In this document: positions 27,521-37,589 of the stretch, piece by piece
Position numbering within the stretch: position 1 is the first letter of the stretch
Layout: each line of letters opens with the position of its first letter
NCBI GenBank assembly: GCA_934457415.1
Contig: CAKSHM010000006.1
Coordinates: 109,623-173,622, forward strand
DNA length: 64,000 nt
Source of the DNA: an uncultured Eubacteriales bacterium
Lineage (GTDB): Bacteria; Bacillota; Clostridia; Oscillospirales; Acutalibacteraceae
Direction: 5' to 3'
The notes under the pieces: generated by a model
The model's input: only the letters and a program-made list of their open reading frames with translations
What the model was told of the DNA's origin: nothing
Databases searched by the model: none
Translations under genes and position numbers: made by a program

Positions 27521-30154
27521 ATGAGTCACAAGTATGTTTACCTTTTCAGCGAAGGAAACGCAAAAATGCGTGAGCTTCTCGGCGGTAAGGGTGCTAACCT
27601 TGCAGAGATGACCGGTCTCGGTCTTCCCGTTCCGCAGGGCTTCACAATTTCAACCGAGGCATGCACTCAGTACTATGAGGACGGCCAGAAGATCAATGAT
27701 GAAATTCAGGCTCAGATTATGGAGTACATCGAAAAGATGGAGAAAATCACCGGCAAGAAGTTCGGCGATAAAGAAAATCCGCTCCTTGTTTCGGTTCGTT
27801 CAGGCGCACGTGCATCAATGCCCGGCATGATGGACACTATTCTTAACCTCGGACTTAATGAAGAAGTTGTCAATGTTATTGCAGAAAAATCCAATAACCC
27901 CCGTTGGGCTTGGGACTGCTACAGAAGATTTATTCAGATGTATTCCGATGTTGTTATGGAAGTCGGTAAGAAGTACTTTGAGCAGCTTATTGACGCTATG
28001 AAGGAAAAGAGAGGCGTTACTCAGGACGTTGAGCTTACTGCTGACGATCTTAAAGAGCTTGCTTCGCAGTTTAAGGCTGAATACAAATCGAAAATCGGTT
28101 CTGACTTCCCGACTGATCCTAAGGAACAGTTAATGGGAGCAATAAAGGCCGTTTTCCGCTCATGGGACAACCCCCGCGCTAATGTTTACCGCCGTGATAA
28201 CGATATCCCGTATTCTTGGGGTACCGCTGTTAACGTTCAGATGATGGCATTCGGTAACATGGGCGACGATTGCGGAACAGGCGTTGCATTTACCCGCGAC
28301 CCTGCCACAGGCGCAAAGGGACTCTTCGGTGAGTTCCTTACAAACGCTCAGGGCGAAGATGTTGTTGCAGGCGTTCGTACTCCTATGCATATCTCCGAAA
28401 TGGAAGAGAAGTTCCCCGAAGCATTCAAGCAGTTTAAGGATGTTTGCCAGCGTCTTGAAAATCATTACCGCGATATGCAGGACATGGAGTTCACCGTTGA
28501 GCACGGAAAGCTTTTCATGCTCCAGACACGTAACGGTAAGAGAACCGCACAGGCAGCTCTTAAAATTGCCTGTGATCTTGTTGACGAGGGTATGATTACA
28601 GACGAGGAAGCTGTTCTTATGATAGATCCCCGTAACCTTGATACTCTTCTTCACCCGCAGTTTGACGCTAAGGCGTTAAAGGCTGCAACTCCTATCGGAA
28701 AGGCTCTCCCCGCTTCCCCCGGCGCTGCTTGCGGTAAAATTGTTTTCACCGCTGAAGACGCTAAGAATTGGGGCGCTAAGGGCGAAAAGGTAGTTCTCGT
28801 TCGTCTCGAAACTTCACCTGAAGATATCGAAGGCATGAAAGCCGCTCAGGGTATTCTTACCGTTCGCGGCGGTATGACCTCACACGCTGCCGTTGTTGCG
28901 CGCGGTATGGGTACATGCTGCGTTTCCGGCTGCACCGCTATCAATATGGATGAGGAAAACAAGCAGTTCACTCTTTCCGGCAAGACCTATCATGAAGGAG
29001 ACTTCATTTCGCTTGACGGTTCTACCGGAAATATTTATGACGGAATTATCCCGACTGTTGACGCTTCTATAGCAGGCGAATTCGGAAGAATCATGGGCTG
29101 GGCGGACAAGTACCGCAAGCTCGGCGTTCGCACAAATGCGGACACTCCGCGTGACGCTAAGAAGGCTGCAGAGCTCGGTGCTGAGGGAATCGGTCTTTGC
29201 CGTACAGAGCACATGTTCTTTGAGGGCGACAGAATTGATTACTTCCGTCAGATGATTTGTTCTTCAACCGTTGAAGAGCGCGAAAAGGCCCTTGAAAACA
29301 TTATCCCCTTCCAGCAGGGCGACTTTGAGAAGCTTTATGAAGCTCTTGAAGGAAAGCCGGTAACTATCCGCTTCCTCGATCCTCCGCTTCATGAGTTTGT
29401 TCCTACAGAAGAGGCTGACATCAAGAAGCTTGCTAACGCACAGGGCAAGAGCGTTGAGGATATCAAAGCTATCATCGCTTCTCTTCACGAGGCTAACCCG
29501 ATGATGGGACACCGCGGCTGCCGTCTTGCAGTTACCTATCCGGAAATTGCCAAGATGCAGACAACTGCCGTTATCCGTGCGGCCATAAATGTTAAGAAGG
29601 CTCATGCCGACTGGAACATCGTTCCTGAAATCATGATTCCGCTCGTAGGCGATGTTAAAGAGCTTAAATATGTTAAGAAGACCGTTGTTGAAACCGCAGA
29701 CGCTGAAATCGCAGCTGCAGGAATCGACCTTAAGTATGAAGTAGGTACCATGATTGAAATTCCGCGCGCAGCTCTCACTGCAGACGAAATTGCAAAAGAA
29801 GCTGAGTTCTTCTGCTTCGGTACAAACGACCTTACTCAGATGACTTACGGCTTCAGCCGTGACGACGCAGGTAAGTTCCTCGATGCCTATTATGACGCTA
29901 AGATTTTCGAAAACGATCCGTTTGCGAAGCTTGATCAGGTAGGCGTTGGCAAGCTTATGGAAATGGCTGTTAAGCTCGGTAAGGGCGTAAGAAAAGACCT
30001 CCACTGCGGTATCTGCGGAGAGCACGGCGGCGACCCGTCCTCTGTTGAGTTCTGCCACAAGATCGGTCTTGATTATGTTTCCTGCTCACCGTTCCGTGTT
30101 CCGATTGCCCGTCTTGCAGCAGCACAGGCTGCTATAAAGGACGGCAGGAACTAA
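27521..30154 (+). CDS. ppdK: Pyruvate, phosphate dikinase
   Basis: MSHKYVYLFSEGNAKMRELLGGKGANLAEM, phospho-His region GGMTSHAAVVARGMG, and CGEHGGDP at the C-terminus. AGGAGG RBS. Confidence 0.96.
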   Translation: MSHKYVYLFSEGNAKMRELLGGKGANLAEMTGLGLPVPQGFTISTEACTQYYEDGQKINDEIQAQIMEYIEKMEKITGKKFGDKENPLLVSVRSGARASMPGMMDTILNLGLNEEVVNVIAEKSNNPRWAWDCYRRFIQMYSDVVMEVGKKYFEQLIDAMKEKRGVTQDVELTADDLKELASQFKAEYKSKIGSDFPTDPKEQLMGAIKAVFRSWDNPRANVYRRDNDIPYSWGTAVNVQMMAFGNMGDDCGTGVAFTRDPATGAKGLFGEFLTNAQGEDVVAGVRTPMHISEMEEKFPEAFKQFKDVCQRLENHYRDMQDMEFTVEHGKLFMLQTRNGKRTAQAALKIACDLVDEGMITDEEAVLMIDPRNLDTLLHPQFDAKALKAATPIGKALPASPGAACGKIVFTAEDAKNWGAKGEKVVLVRLETSPEDIEGMKAAQGILTVRGGMTSHAAVVARGMGTCCVSGCTAINMDEENKQFTLSGKTYHEGDFISLDGSTGNIYDGIIPTVDASIAGEFGRIMGWADKYRKLGVRTNADTPRDAKKAAELGAEGIGLCRTEHMFFEGDRIDYFRQMICSSTVEEREKALENIIPFQQGDFEKLYEALEGKPVTIRFLDPPLHEFVPTEEADIKKLANAQGKSVEDIKAIIASLHEANPMMGHRGCRLAVTYPEIAKMQTTAVIRAAINVKKAHADWNIVPEIMIPLVGDVKELKYVKKTVVETADAEIAAAGIDLKYEVGTMIEIPRAALTADEIAKEAEFFCFGTNDLTQMTYGFSRDDAGKFLDAYYDAKIFENDPFAKLDQVGVGKLMEMAVKLGKGVRKDLHCGICGEHGGDPSSVEFCHKIGLDYVSCSPFRVPIARLAAAQAAIKDGRN

Positions 30155-30284
30155 TCGAGTATACCAAATATGCTGAGTTCACTCTCACAAAAGAGGATGC
30201 CGTGCGATACCTGTATGCCGATTCAACGAAGCACCGTGTGCATTGCTTTGAAGACATTAAGGTAAGCTTGTATATTTAAAGTGA

Positions 30285-30320
30285 AATTCCTCTGCCGAAA
30301 AACCGGCAGAGGAATTTTTG
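30285..30320 (+). terminator. Rho-independent terminator downstream of ppdK
   Basis: aattcctctgccg / cggcagaggaatt stem followed by ttttt. Confidence 0.8.
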
Positions 30321-30427
30321 TATAATCGCACATTTTTAAGTTATATGTTTTGCTTTATGACATACACACAGCGGCCCGTCCCCATATAAAAACCGAAGAG
30401 TATAAAACTCGCTTAAATAAAAAGATT

Positions 30428-30456
30428 CCGCGGCAATTAAAACTGCCGCGGTTTTT
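30428..30456. terminator. Terminator downstream of kdgK
   Basis: ccgcggca / tgccgcgg stem flanked by A-rich and T-runs. Confidence 0.7.
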
Positions 30457-30469
30457 GCTTTTGTTAGAC

Positions 30470-31492
30470 TTATCTCTGAACTCTTCCCGAGCCATCGCCT
30501 AAAGCAAGTTTTTCAACCTCTGCAACGCTTACGCGGTTAAAGTCACCCTCGACCGAATGCTTAAGCGCAGAAGCGGCAACCGCAAATTCAACGGCTTCCT
30601 GTGTATTTTTACCGCTGACGAGCGAATAGATGAGGCCTGCTCCAAAGCTGTCTCCTCCGCCTACACGGTCAACTATTCTTAAATGATATTCCTTAGAGAA
30701 GCAATAATCCTTTCCGTCGTACAGCATAGCCGCCCAATCATTATCGCTGGCGCTGATAGATGTGCGGAGAGTTATTGCAACCTTTTCAAATCCGAATTTA
30801 TCGGCAAGCTGTTTTGCAACGCTCTTGTAGCCCTCTTTATTGAGCTTTCCGCCGTAGATATCAGTATTCTCTGCCTCAATTCCGAAAACATCCTTTGCGT
30901 CCTCTTCATTTGAAATGCAGACATCGACATATTTGCAAAGCTCGCTCATAGCCGCTCTCGCCTGTTCTCTGGTCCAGAGCTTGCCACGGTAATTAAGGTC
31001 ACAGCTGACCTTTACACCGTGCTTTTTAGCGGCAATACAGGCATCCTTGCAGATTTCAACAAGATTTTCGCCCAAAGCCGGAGTAATCCCCGTAAAATGA
31101 AACCACTCGGCACCCTCGAAAATTTTATCCCAATTGAAATCTTCCTTTTTGGCCTTTTGAATTGCAGAGCCTGCGCGGTCATAAATACAAACACTGCCGC
31201 GCTGAGAAGCGCCCTTTTCAAGATAATAAATTCCCACTCTGTCTCCGCCGCGAATAATATTATTTGTATCAACGCCGAAGTATCTTAAGGAATTGACAGC
31301 CGCCTGACCTATAGCATGTGTCGGAAGCTTTGTTACAAATGACGCGTCAAGCCCGAAATTTGCAAGAGAAACCGCAACATTTGCTTCTCCTCCGCCAAAG
31401 GTTGCCTGAAGCTGATCATTCTGAAAAAATCTGTAATATCCGTTAGGCGCAAGCCTTAGCATTATTTCTCCGAAGGTTACTATCTTACCCAT
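30470..31492 (-). CDS. kdgK: 2-dehydro-3-deoxygluconokinase (PfkB family)
   Basis: Sugar-kinase GGGDSFGAG motif, 340 aa, overlaps eda. Confidence 0.85.
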   Translation of the reverse strand: MGKIVTFGEIMLRLAPNGYYRFFQNDQLQATFGGGEANVAVSLANFGLDASFVTKLPTHAIGQAAVNSLRYFGVDTNNIIRGGDRVGIYYLEKGASQRGSVCIYDRAGSAIQKAKKEDFNWDKIFEGAEWFHFTGITPALGENLVEICKDACIAAKKHGVKVSCDLNYRGKLWTREQARAAMSELCKYVDVCISNEEDAKDVFGIEAENTDIYGGKLNKEGYKSVAKQLADKFGFEKVAITLRTSISASDNDWAAMLYDGKDYCFSKEYHLRIVDRVGGGDSFGAGLIYSLVSGKNTQEAVEFAVAASALKHSVEGDFNRVSVAEVEKLALGDGSGRVQR

Positions 31493-32129
31493 TGTTTCTT
31501 ATCTCCTTTAAAAGCTCTACTGCGGCGGCTGTAAGCTCTTCAATAGCCTTAAAGTCTCCCGACGCGATTTTATCCGACGGAACCATCCAGCTGCCTCCGC
31601 AGGCGAATATCGCCTTGCAGTTTAAATATTCCTTAAGATTTGAAGTATTTATTCCGCCGGTCGGCATGAATTTAACCGTTGTATACGGAGCTGACATTGC
31701 CTTTATCATTTTAATTCCGCCTGCTGCCTCGGCAGGGAAAAATTTGAGACAAGTAAGACCTAAGGAAAGTGCCTTTTCAATTTCCGTCGGAGTGCAGACT
31801 CCCGGGATTACCGGATAGCCTTTTTCTATACAGTGGCTTACAACCTCCGGATTAAGTCCCGGACTTACTATAAAGCTTGCTCCTGCAGCCATTGCCTTAT
31901 CCGCCTGAGAACATGTAAGAACTGTTCCTGCGGCAATAAGCATATCCGGGAATTCCTTTGAGATAAGTTCTATTGCCTCTTCGGCAGCCGCAGTTCTGAA
32001 TGTGATTTCGGCACAGTTTATACCGCCGTTTCTTAAAGCTTTTGCGAGATTTACGGCGTCCTTAGCGTCGTCAATCTTAACTACCGGCACAACACCGGTA
32101 TCGCTGATTTTCTTAATTAAATCTTTCAT
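31485..32129 (-). CDS. eda: KDPG / 4-hydroxy-2-oxoglutarate aldolase
   Basis: 214 aa with VPVVKIDDAKDA, GINCAEITFRT and LKFFPAEA motifs. Confidence 0.88.
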   Translation of the reverse strand: MKDLIKKISDTGVVPVVKIDDAKDAVNLAKALRNGGINCAEITFRTAAAEEAIELISKEFPDMLIAAGTVLTCSQADKAMAAGASFIVSPGLNPEVVSHCIEKGYPVIPGVCTPTEIEKALSLGLTCLKFFPAEAAGGIKMIKAMSAPYTTVKFMPTGGINTSNLKEYLNCKAIFACGGSWMVPSDKIASGDFKAIEELTAAAVELLKEIRNNG

Positions 32130-32141
32130 TGCTTTGCTCCT

Positions 32142-32187
32142 TGTTTCACATAGCGAAACAGCGTTTCGCGATACGAAACACCGTTTC
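32142..32187. promoter_or_regulatory. Candidate operator array: two GAAACnnnGTTTC palindromes 20 bp apart, plus an overlapping TGTTTC-N7-GAAACA
   Basis: gaaacagcgtttc at 32155-32167, gaaacaccgtttc at 32175-32187, tgtttcacatagcgaaaca at 32142-32160. All lie between the eda RBS and the divergent IclR gene. Confidence 0.45.
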
Positions 32188-32283
32188 TGTTTTCCAAACT
32201 TATTATAACACCGGCGAAAAAAAAGTCAAGGAATAATTGAAAAAGAAAACAAAATATGATAAAATTTAAAATTATAAAGGAGT

Positions 32284-33042
32284 GTGATATGCTTGTCTGA
32301 AAACTCATCAGTGCAATCGGTATCAAGAACATTTTCTCTTATAGAGCTAATATGTACTAACGGACCGCTTGGAATAACCGAGCTTTCCGTTATGTCGGGA
32401 CTTAATAAAACAACGGTGTTCAGACTTCTTTCTACCCTTTGCGAACTTTCCTACGTAAGGAAAAACGAAAAAACGGAAAAATACGAATTAACATTAAAAT
32501 TCTTAAAGCTTTCCTCTAAAACGCTTTGCTCTATTGATATAAGACGCTATTCCCGCCCGCACCTTGAAAAGCTTTCGGATTTAACCGGAGAAACGGTGCA
32601 TTTGGTTGAAAGAAATGAAAATGAGATAATTTATATTGACAAATATGAGTCTATGCAGAATTCTGTGCGAATGGTATCAAGGATAGGGCTTTCGCTCCCC
32701 CTGATTTATACTGCGGTCGGCAAGTCGATAATGGCAAAGCTACCCATATCCGAAATAAAGAGTATATGGAATTCAACAAAAATCGAGAAAAAAACTCCTT
32801 TCACCGTCACCGATTTCGGGGAATTTTTAAAAGAACTTGAAAGCATTAAAAAATCGGGCTTTGCTACGGATATGGAAGAAAACGAAGAGGGTGTAAGGTG
32901 TGTTGCGGCGGCAATTCCCGATATTTACGGAGAATATAAATACGCTTTAAGCGTTTCCGCTCCGGCATCAAGAATGAGTGAAGAAAAGCTGAAGGAAACG
33001 GCAAGACTTGTTCTTGAAGCCGCTTCGAATATTTCGAAATGA
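32284..33042 (+). CDS. IclR-family transcriptional regulator (KdgR-like)
   Basis: N-terminal winged HTH and C-terminal IclR effector domain. The start is uncertain: GTG 32284 is 1 nt after AGGAG, while in-frame TTG 32293 is better spaced. Confidence 0.85.
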   Translation: MICLSENSSVQSVSRTFSLIELICTNGPLGITELSVMSGLNKTTVFRLLSTLCELSYVRKNEKTEKYELTLKFLKLSSKTLCSIDIRRYSRPHLEKLSDLTGETVHLVERNENEIIYIDKYESMQNSVRMVSRIGLSLPLIYTAVGKSIMAKLPISEIKSIWNSTKIEKKTPFTVTDFGEFLKELESIKKSGFATDMEENEEGVRCVAAAIPDIYGEYKYALSVSAPASRMSEEKLKETARLVLEAASNISK

Positions 33043-33072
33043 AATATTCAACTGTCGGAGCGCATTTATCAA

Positions 33073-33301
33073 GCTAGACATTAGACGTTAGACACTAGAC
33101 ACTAGAAAATACCCCTCAGTCAGCTAACGCTGACAGCTCCCCTCTATATGCTGACGCATAAGAAGGGAGCCTTTTTTAGTCTCTGCACAAACCCAAGCCT
33201 CCACTTCAGCCGGAAGGGTTTGGTTATATAAGCGCTGACAAGCGCACATCAGTCTAATGTCTAAAATCTAGCGTCTAGTATCTAGAAAAATACCCCTCAG
33301 T
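33073..33301 (+). repeat. Repeat family 3, copy A (full unit) plus the start of a second tandem unit
   Basis: Heptamer run TAGACAT TAGACGT TAGACAC TAGACAC TAGAAAA, then ATACCCCTCAGTCAGCTAACG...GGGTTTGGTTATAT...GCACACATC. A second heptamer run follows, and ATACCCCTCAGT recurs at 33290-33301. Confidence 0.8.
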
Positions 33302-33407
33302 TGCGCATATTACGCACCGGCGATTTTCCTCCGGAAGACGGAAATCCTTTTGTCTGCTGACGCGGACATTTCCCCTAACAGGGGAATCTCCTCTGTTAAG
33401 CATACAG

Positions 33408-33448
33408 AAAACCTCCGATTTCGCAAGAATTTGCGAAATCGGAGGTTT
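33408..33448. terminator. Terminator of the marR-ABC-ABC operon
   Basis: aaacctccgatttcgcaa / ttgcgaaatcggaggttt is an 18-bp stem just downstream of the stop at 33453. Confidence 0.85.
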
Positions 33449-33452
33449 AATT

Positions 33453-35402
33453 TTATTCAAGTTCAAATGCACCGGTATAGAGCTGATAGTACATTCCCTT
33501 TTCGGCAATCAGCTTTTCATGATTTCCTCTTTCAATAATCACACCGTGGTCAAGCACCATTATAACATCTGAATTCTTGACAGTTGAAAGTCTGTGGGCG
33601 ATAACAAATACAGTTCTTCCCTCCATCAGCTTATCCATTCCGCGCTGAACGATCGACTCGGTTCTGGTATCAATAGAAGAAGTCGCCTCATCGAGAATCA
33701 TAACGGGCGGGTCTGCCACCGCGGCTCTCGCAATTGAAATAAGCTGCCTTTGACCCTGAGAAAGATTTGCGCCGTTATTTGTAATAACCGTATCATAACC
33801 GTAAGGCAGTCTGGAAATAAAATCGTCTGCTCCGACAAGTCGGGCAGCGTTTTCGCATTCTTCATCAGTTGCGTCAAGCCTGCCGTATCTTATATTATCG
33901 AGAACGCTTCCCGTAAACAGGTTTGTATCCTGCAAAACGATACCGAGCGAACGCCTTAAATCCGCCTTTTTGATTTTATTGATATTTATACCGTCATACC
34001 TTATCTTGCCGTCGGCAATATCATAAAATCTGTTTATGAGATTTGTGATAGTGGTTTTCCCTGCACCTGTTGCCCCGACAAAAGCAACCTTTTGACCGGG
34101 ATTTGCATAAACGCTGACATCATGCAACACAGTTTTGCCCTCGACATATCCGAAATCAATATGGTCCATAACAACGTCACCCTTAAGCTCTGTCAAAGTG
34201 ACGGTGCCGTCATGATGAGGATGTTTCCATGCCCACATATCGGTTCTTTTATCGGTTTCCTTTAAGCTGCCGTCCTTATCCTTTGTGACATTGACAAGCG
34301 TTACATAACCGTTGTCCGCCTCAGGCTCCATATCCATAAGCTTAAACACTCTGTCGGCGCCTGCCATACCCATTGCAACAACATTTATAAGCTGAGTTAC
34401 CTGATTTATATTACCGGTAAACTGCTTTGCCATATTAAGAAACGGTACAATAACATCAATTGTCAGCACTCCGAGGCTTCCGGCGAAAATTGCGGAAATC
34501 GAAGGATTAGGAGCCTTTAAAAGCAGTAAAACTCCTCCTACGGTTGCAATAACGACATAAAGGATGTTTCCGATATTCTGAATTATCGGTCCTAAGCAGT
34601 TTGCATAGGCATTTGCCTTGAAGCTGTCGGAATAAAGCTGTTCATTTATTTCATCGAAACCCTTTTCGCATTTTTCCTCATGGCAAAAAACCTTTACTAC
34701 CTTTTGTCCGCTCATCATTTCCTGAATGTAGCCCTCTGTTTTACCTAAAGACTGCTGCTGGCGGATAAAGTATTTAGCAGAGCCGCCGCCGACCTTTTTC
34801 GAAACAAATGCCATTCCCACAACGCCCAGCAATACAACAAGGGTCATCCACACACTGTAATAAAGCATTATAAAAAGTACGCATAAAACTATTATTGATG
34901 CCTGCAGAAGGGACGGCAGGGCTCTTGAAACAAGCTCGCGCATTGTATCAATATCATTGGTATAATAGCTCATGATATCGCCGTGCTTATTAGTATCGAA
35001 GAATTTAACGGGAAGATTCTGCATTTCATTAAAAGTAAGCTTTCTCATTTTATTGAGGAAGCCCTGCGTTATAACAGCCATTATCTGCGACTGCAGGGTA
35101 ATACTTATTATCGCAACAACATAAAGCGCGATAAGGATATATACCTTAGGAAGAATGACCGCCTTTGCCGCAGTCCAATCTCCGCTTTTGCAGAAGGTTA
35201 CGATATCCGCAATAACCTTTTGCTGAAAAATCGCAGGTATTGAGGAAACTACCGAGCAAAGTATCGTGCATACCGCCGCAAGCGGGACAAGCACCGGATA
35301 GGTTTTAAAGAGTATTCTTAACAGTCTTTTAAGGGAAGCGCCGTCAATTCTTTTTTTGCCAGTCGGCATTGGTCTTTTTCCGTTAAACTGTTTATTCGAC
35401 AT
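33453..35402 (-). CDS. ABC exporter, fused permease/ATPase (type 1 multidrug/lipid exporter family)
   Basis: Six-TM domain plus an NBD with GATGAGKTT, LSQGQRQLISIARA and ILDEATS. ATG 35402 follows GGAGGTG and overlaps the upstream stop. Confidence 0.9.
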   Translation of the reverse strand: MSNKQFNGKRPMPTGKKRIDGASLKRLLRILFKTYPVLVPLAAVCTILCSVVSSIPAIFQQKVIADIVTFCKSGDWTAAKAVILPKVYILIALYVVAIISITLQSQIMAVITQGFLNKMRKLTFNEMQNLPVKFFDTNKHGDIMSYYTNDIDTMRELVSRALPSLLQASIIVLCVLFIMLYYSVWMTLVVLLGVVGMAFVSKKVGGGSAKYFIRQQQSLGKTEGYIQEMMSGQKVVKVFCHEEKCEKGFDEINEQLYSDSFKANAYANCLGPIIQNIGNILYVVIATVGGVLLLLKAPNPSISAIFAGSLGVLTIDVIVPFLNMAKQFTGNINQVTQLINVVAMGMAGADRVFKLMDMEPEADNGYVTLVNVTKDKDGSLKETDKRTDMWAWKHPHHDGTVTLTELKGDVVMDHIDFGYVEGKTVLHDVSVYANPGQKVAFVGATGAGKTTITNLINRFYDIADGKIRYDGININKIKKADLRRSLGIVLQDTNLFTGSVLDNIRYGRLDATDEECENAARLVGADDFISRLPYGYDTVITNNGANLSQGQRQLISIARAAVADPPVMILDEATSSIDTRTESIVQRGMDKLMEGRTVFVIAHRLSTVKNSDVIMVLDHGVIIERGNHEKLIAEKGMYYQLYTGAFELE

Positions 35403-37137
35403 TCTTTTCACCTCCGCTTGTCTGCTGCTCAAATATTTCTCTGTAAATCTCGCTTGATTTTAACAGCTCCTCATGACTTCCGACTGCGGAAATTCCGCCG
35501 TTTTCCATAACTATGATAACATCGGCGTCCTGAACCGAATTGACTCTTTGAGCTATAATTATCTTTGTGGTATCGGGGATATAGCTTTTAAAGCCCTCTC
35601 TTATAAGCGCGTCGGTCTTGGTGTCGACCGCACTTGTGGAATCGTCAAGAATTAAAATCTTCGGTTTTTTAAGAAGCGCTCTTGCAATACAAAGCCTTTG
35701 TTTCTGACCGCCCGAGACGTTCGCTCCGCCCTGCTCGATAAAAGTATCATATTTATCTGGGAAGGTGTTTATAAATTCGTCCGCCTGAGCGAGCCTGCAA
35801 GCCTCCTCTATTTCCTCATCTGTTGCGGATTCGTTGCCCCAGCGAAGATTATCCTTGATAGTTCCTGCAAAGAGCTGATTTTTTTGCAATACCATTGCAA
35901 CGCTTTCTCTGAGTGACTTTATATCATAATCCCTAACATCAACGTCTCCGACCTTAACGATTCCCTCAGTTGCATCATAAAGTCTCGGAATAAGCTGAAC
36001 CAAAGACGTTTTGCTTGATCCTGTCGAGCCCATAATTCCCACAGTCTGACCCGATTTAATATGAAGATCAATATCTTTAAGAGCAAATTTCTTCGCTTTT
36101 TCAGAATACTTAAAGCTTACATCATCAAAATCTATGTCTCCGTTTTTAACCTCATAAACCGCGTTTTCGGGATTATGAAGCAAAGGCTTTTCATCCAAAA
36201 CCTCGCAAATTCGCTTAACAGATTCAACAGACATTGTAATCATAACATAGATCATTGAAAGCATCATAAGCGACATTAAAATCTGTACGCCATAGGTTAG
36301 CATTGCGGAAATCTGTCCGACATCGAGAGCCGCCGCTTTAGTTGAAACTATAAGCTTTGAGCCGACGATTAGAATAAATGCCATATTAAAATACATACAC
36401 AGCTGCATTAAAGGTCCGTTTAAAGCGACAATTCTTTCGGCTTTTGTGAAATCCCTGCAAATATCATCAGCCGCTGCTCCGAATTTTTTCTTTTCATATT
36501 CCTCTCTTGCAAAGCCCTTTACAACTCTTATTGCTCTGACATTTTCTTCAATCGACTCATTGAGGCGGTCATATTTTTTAAATACGCTTCTGAAAGCCGG
36601 CATTGCCTTTTTACCTATCAATAAAAGTCCGAAAAGCAAAACAGGAACAACTATTACAAAAACAGTCGCAAGCTTTCCGCCCATGATATAAGCCATAACG
36701 ATTGAAAAAATAAACATAAGCGGACTTCTTATCGCCGTTCTTATAATCATCATAAACGACATCTGAACATTGGTAATATCCGTTGTAAGACGGGTTACGA
36801 GCGAAGAAGAAGAAAATTTGTCTATATTCGCAAAGTCAAAGGTTTGTATTCTAGAAAAAATATCATGCCGCAAGTTCTTCGAAAATCCCGCGGAAGCCTT
36901 TGAACAGGTATATCCCGCAATAGCGCCGCAGCAAAGCGACATTAAAGCAAGAATTATCAGAATTCCGCCTGTTTTAAGAACAACCGTTAGTCCTACACCT
37001 GCTCTGATCTGATTAACAAGCCTTGCGGTAATAAAAGGGATAACTGCCTCTATGACAGCCTCTCCTATAATAAACAGCAATGTAAGGTAAGTCGGCTTTT
37101 TATACTCTCTTATACTGCCTGTCAGTTTTTTAATCAT
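35392..37137 (-). CDS. ABC exporter, fused permease/ATPase (heterodimer partner)
   Basis: GSTGSSKTS, VSGGQKQRLCIARA and ILDDSTS motifs. ATG 37137 follows GGAGGATAGAA and overlaps the marR stop. Confidence 0.9.
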   Translation of the reverse strand: MIKKLTGSIREYKKPTYLTLLFIIGEAVIEAVIPFITARLVNQIRAGVGLTVVLKTGGILIILALMSLCCGAIAGYTCSKASAGFSKNLRHDIFSRIQTFDFANIDKFSSSSLVTRLTTDITNVQMSFMMIIRTAIRSPLMFIFSIVMAYIMGGKLATVFVIVVPVLLFGLLLIGKKAMPAFRSVFKKYDRLNESIEENVRAIRVVKGFAREEYEKKKFGAAADDICRDFTKAERIVALNGPLMQLCMYFNMAFILIVGSKLIVSTKAAALDVGQISAMLTYGVQILMSLMMLSMIYVMITMSVESVKRICEVLDEKPLLHNPENAVYEVKNGDIDFDDVSFKYSEKAKKFALKDIDLHIKSGQTVGIMGSTGSSKTSLVQLIPRLYDATEGIVKVGDVDVRDYDIKSLRESVAMVLQKNQLFAGTIKDNLRWGNESATDEEIEEACRLAQADEFINTFPDKYDTFIEQGGANVSGGQKQRLCIARALLKKPKILILDDSTSAVDTKTDALIREGFKSYIPDTTKIIIAQRVNSVQDADVIIVMENGGISAVGSHEELLKSSEIYREIFEQQTSGGEKNVE

Positions 37138-37573
37138 TTCTATCCTCCAAATTAGATATGATTTTTTTTGATACATTAAAAAAAGTATTCAGTTCCTTTT
37201 CCGAAATACCTTCTTTCATCAATTTTTCGCGCTTTTTAATATCATATTCAATAAATTTCAGGATATCCTCGGCACGGTCGGTTAAAATTATTTTTTTAAG
37301 CCTTGCGTCGCTGTCAACGCTTTCTCTTTTTATAAGTCCGTTTTTCTCCATGGTCTTTAAAAACTGAGTTGCGGTGGAACGGCGGATAGCAAATTTTTCT
37401 TCAAAATCACGCTGATAAATATCTTTATCCTTATTGTCATGGAAATATTTTATCGCCCATCCATGTACACCCTTCGCATTGATACCTTTTAAGGAATTTG
37501 TCCTCTCGATATCCCTGCGGATTGCGGAATTCAGCTTTCTTACAGTAAGGCCGACTGAATTTTCATCATTCAT
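37130..37573 (-). CDS. MarR-family transcriptional regulator
   Basis: 147 aa with winged-helix region RRSTATQFLKTMEKNGLIKRESVDSDARLKKIILT. Confidence 0.88.
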   Translation of the reverse strand: MNDENSVGLTVRKLNSAIRRDIERTNSLKGINAKGVHGWAIKYFHDNKDKDIYQRDFEEKFAIRRSTATQFLKTMEKNGLIKRESVDSDARLKKIILTDRAEDILKFIEYDIKKREKLMKEGISEKELNTFFNVSKKIISNLEDRND

Positions 37574-37589
37574 TTTTTTCTCCTTTATT

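Noticed and set aside
30155-30285. The stretch after the ppdK stop translates in one frame to EYTKYAEFTLTKEDAVRYLYADSTKHRVHCFEDIKVSLYI, which looks protein-like and might be a gene remnant.
   Set aside because: It has no start codon, no RBS and no recognisable family, and it is only about 40 codons long. Without a database search it cannot be distinguished from chance.
33074-33108. Short tandem 7-mers (also at 33250-33285 and 37745-37772) were considered as a CRISPR-like or iteron array.
   Set aside because: The units are contiguous with no spacers, only 7 nt long and only 4-5 copies. No cas or replication genes are nearby. They are microsatellite-like parts of repeat family 3.
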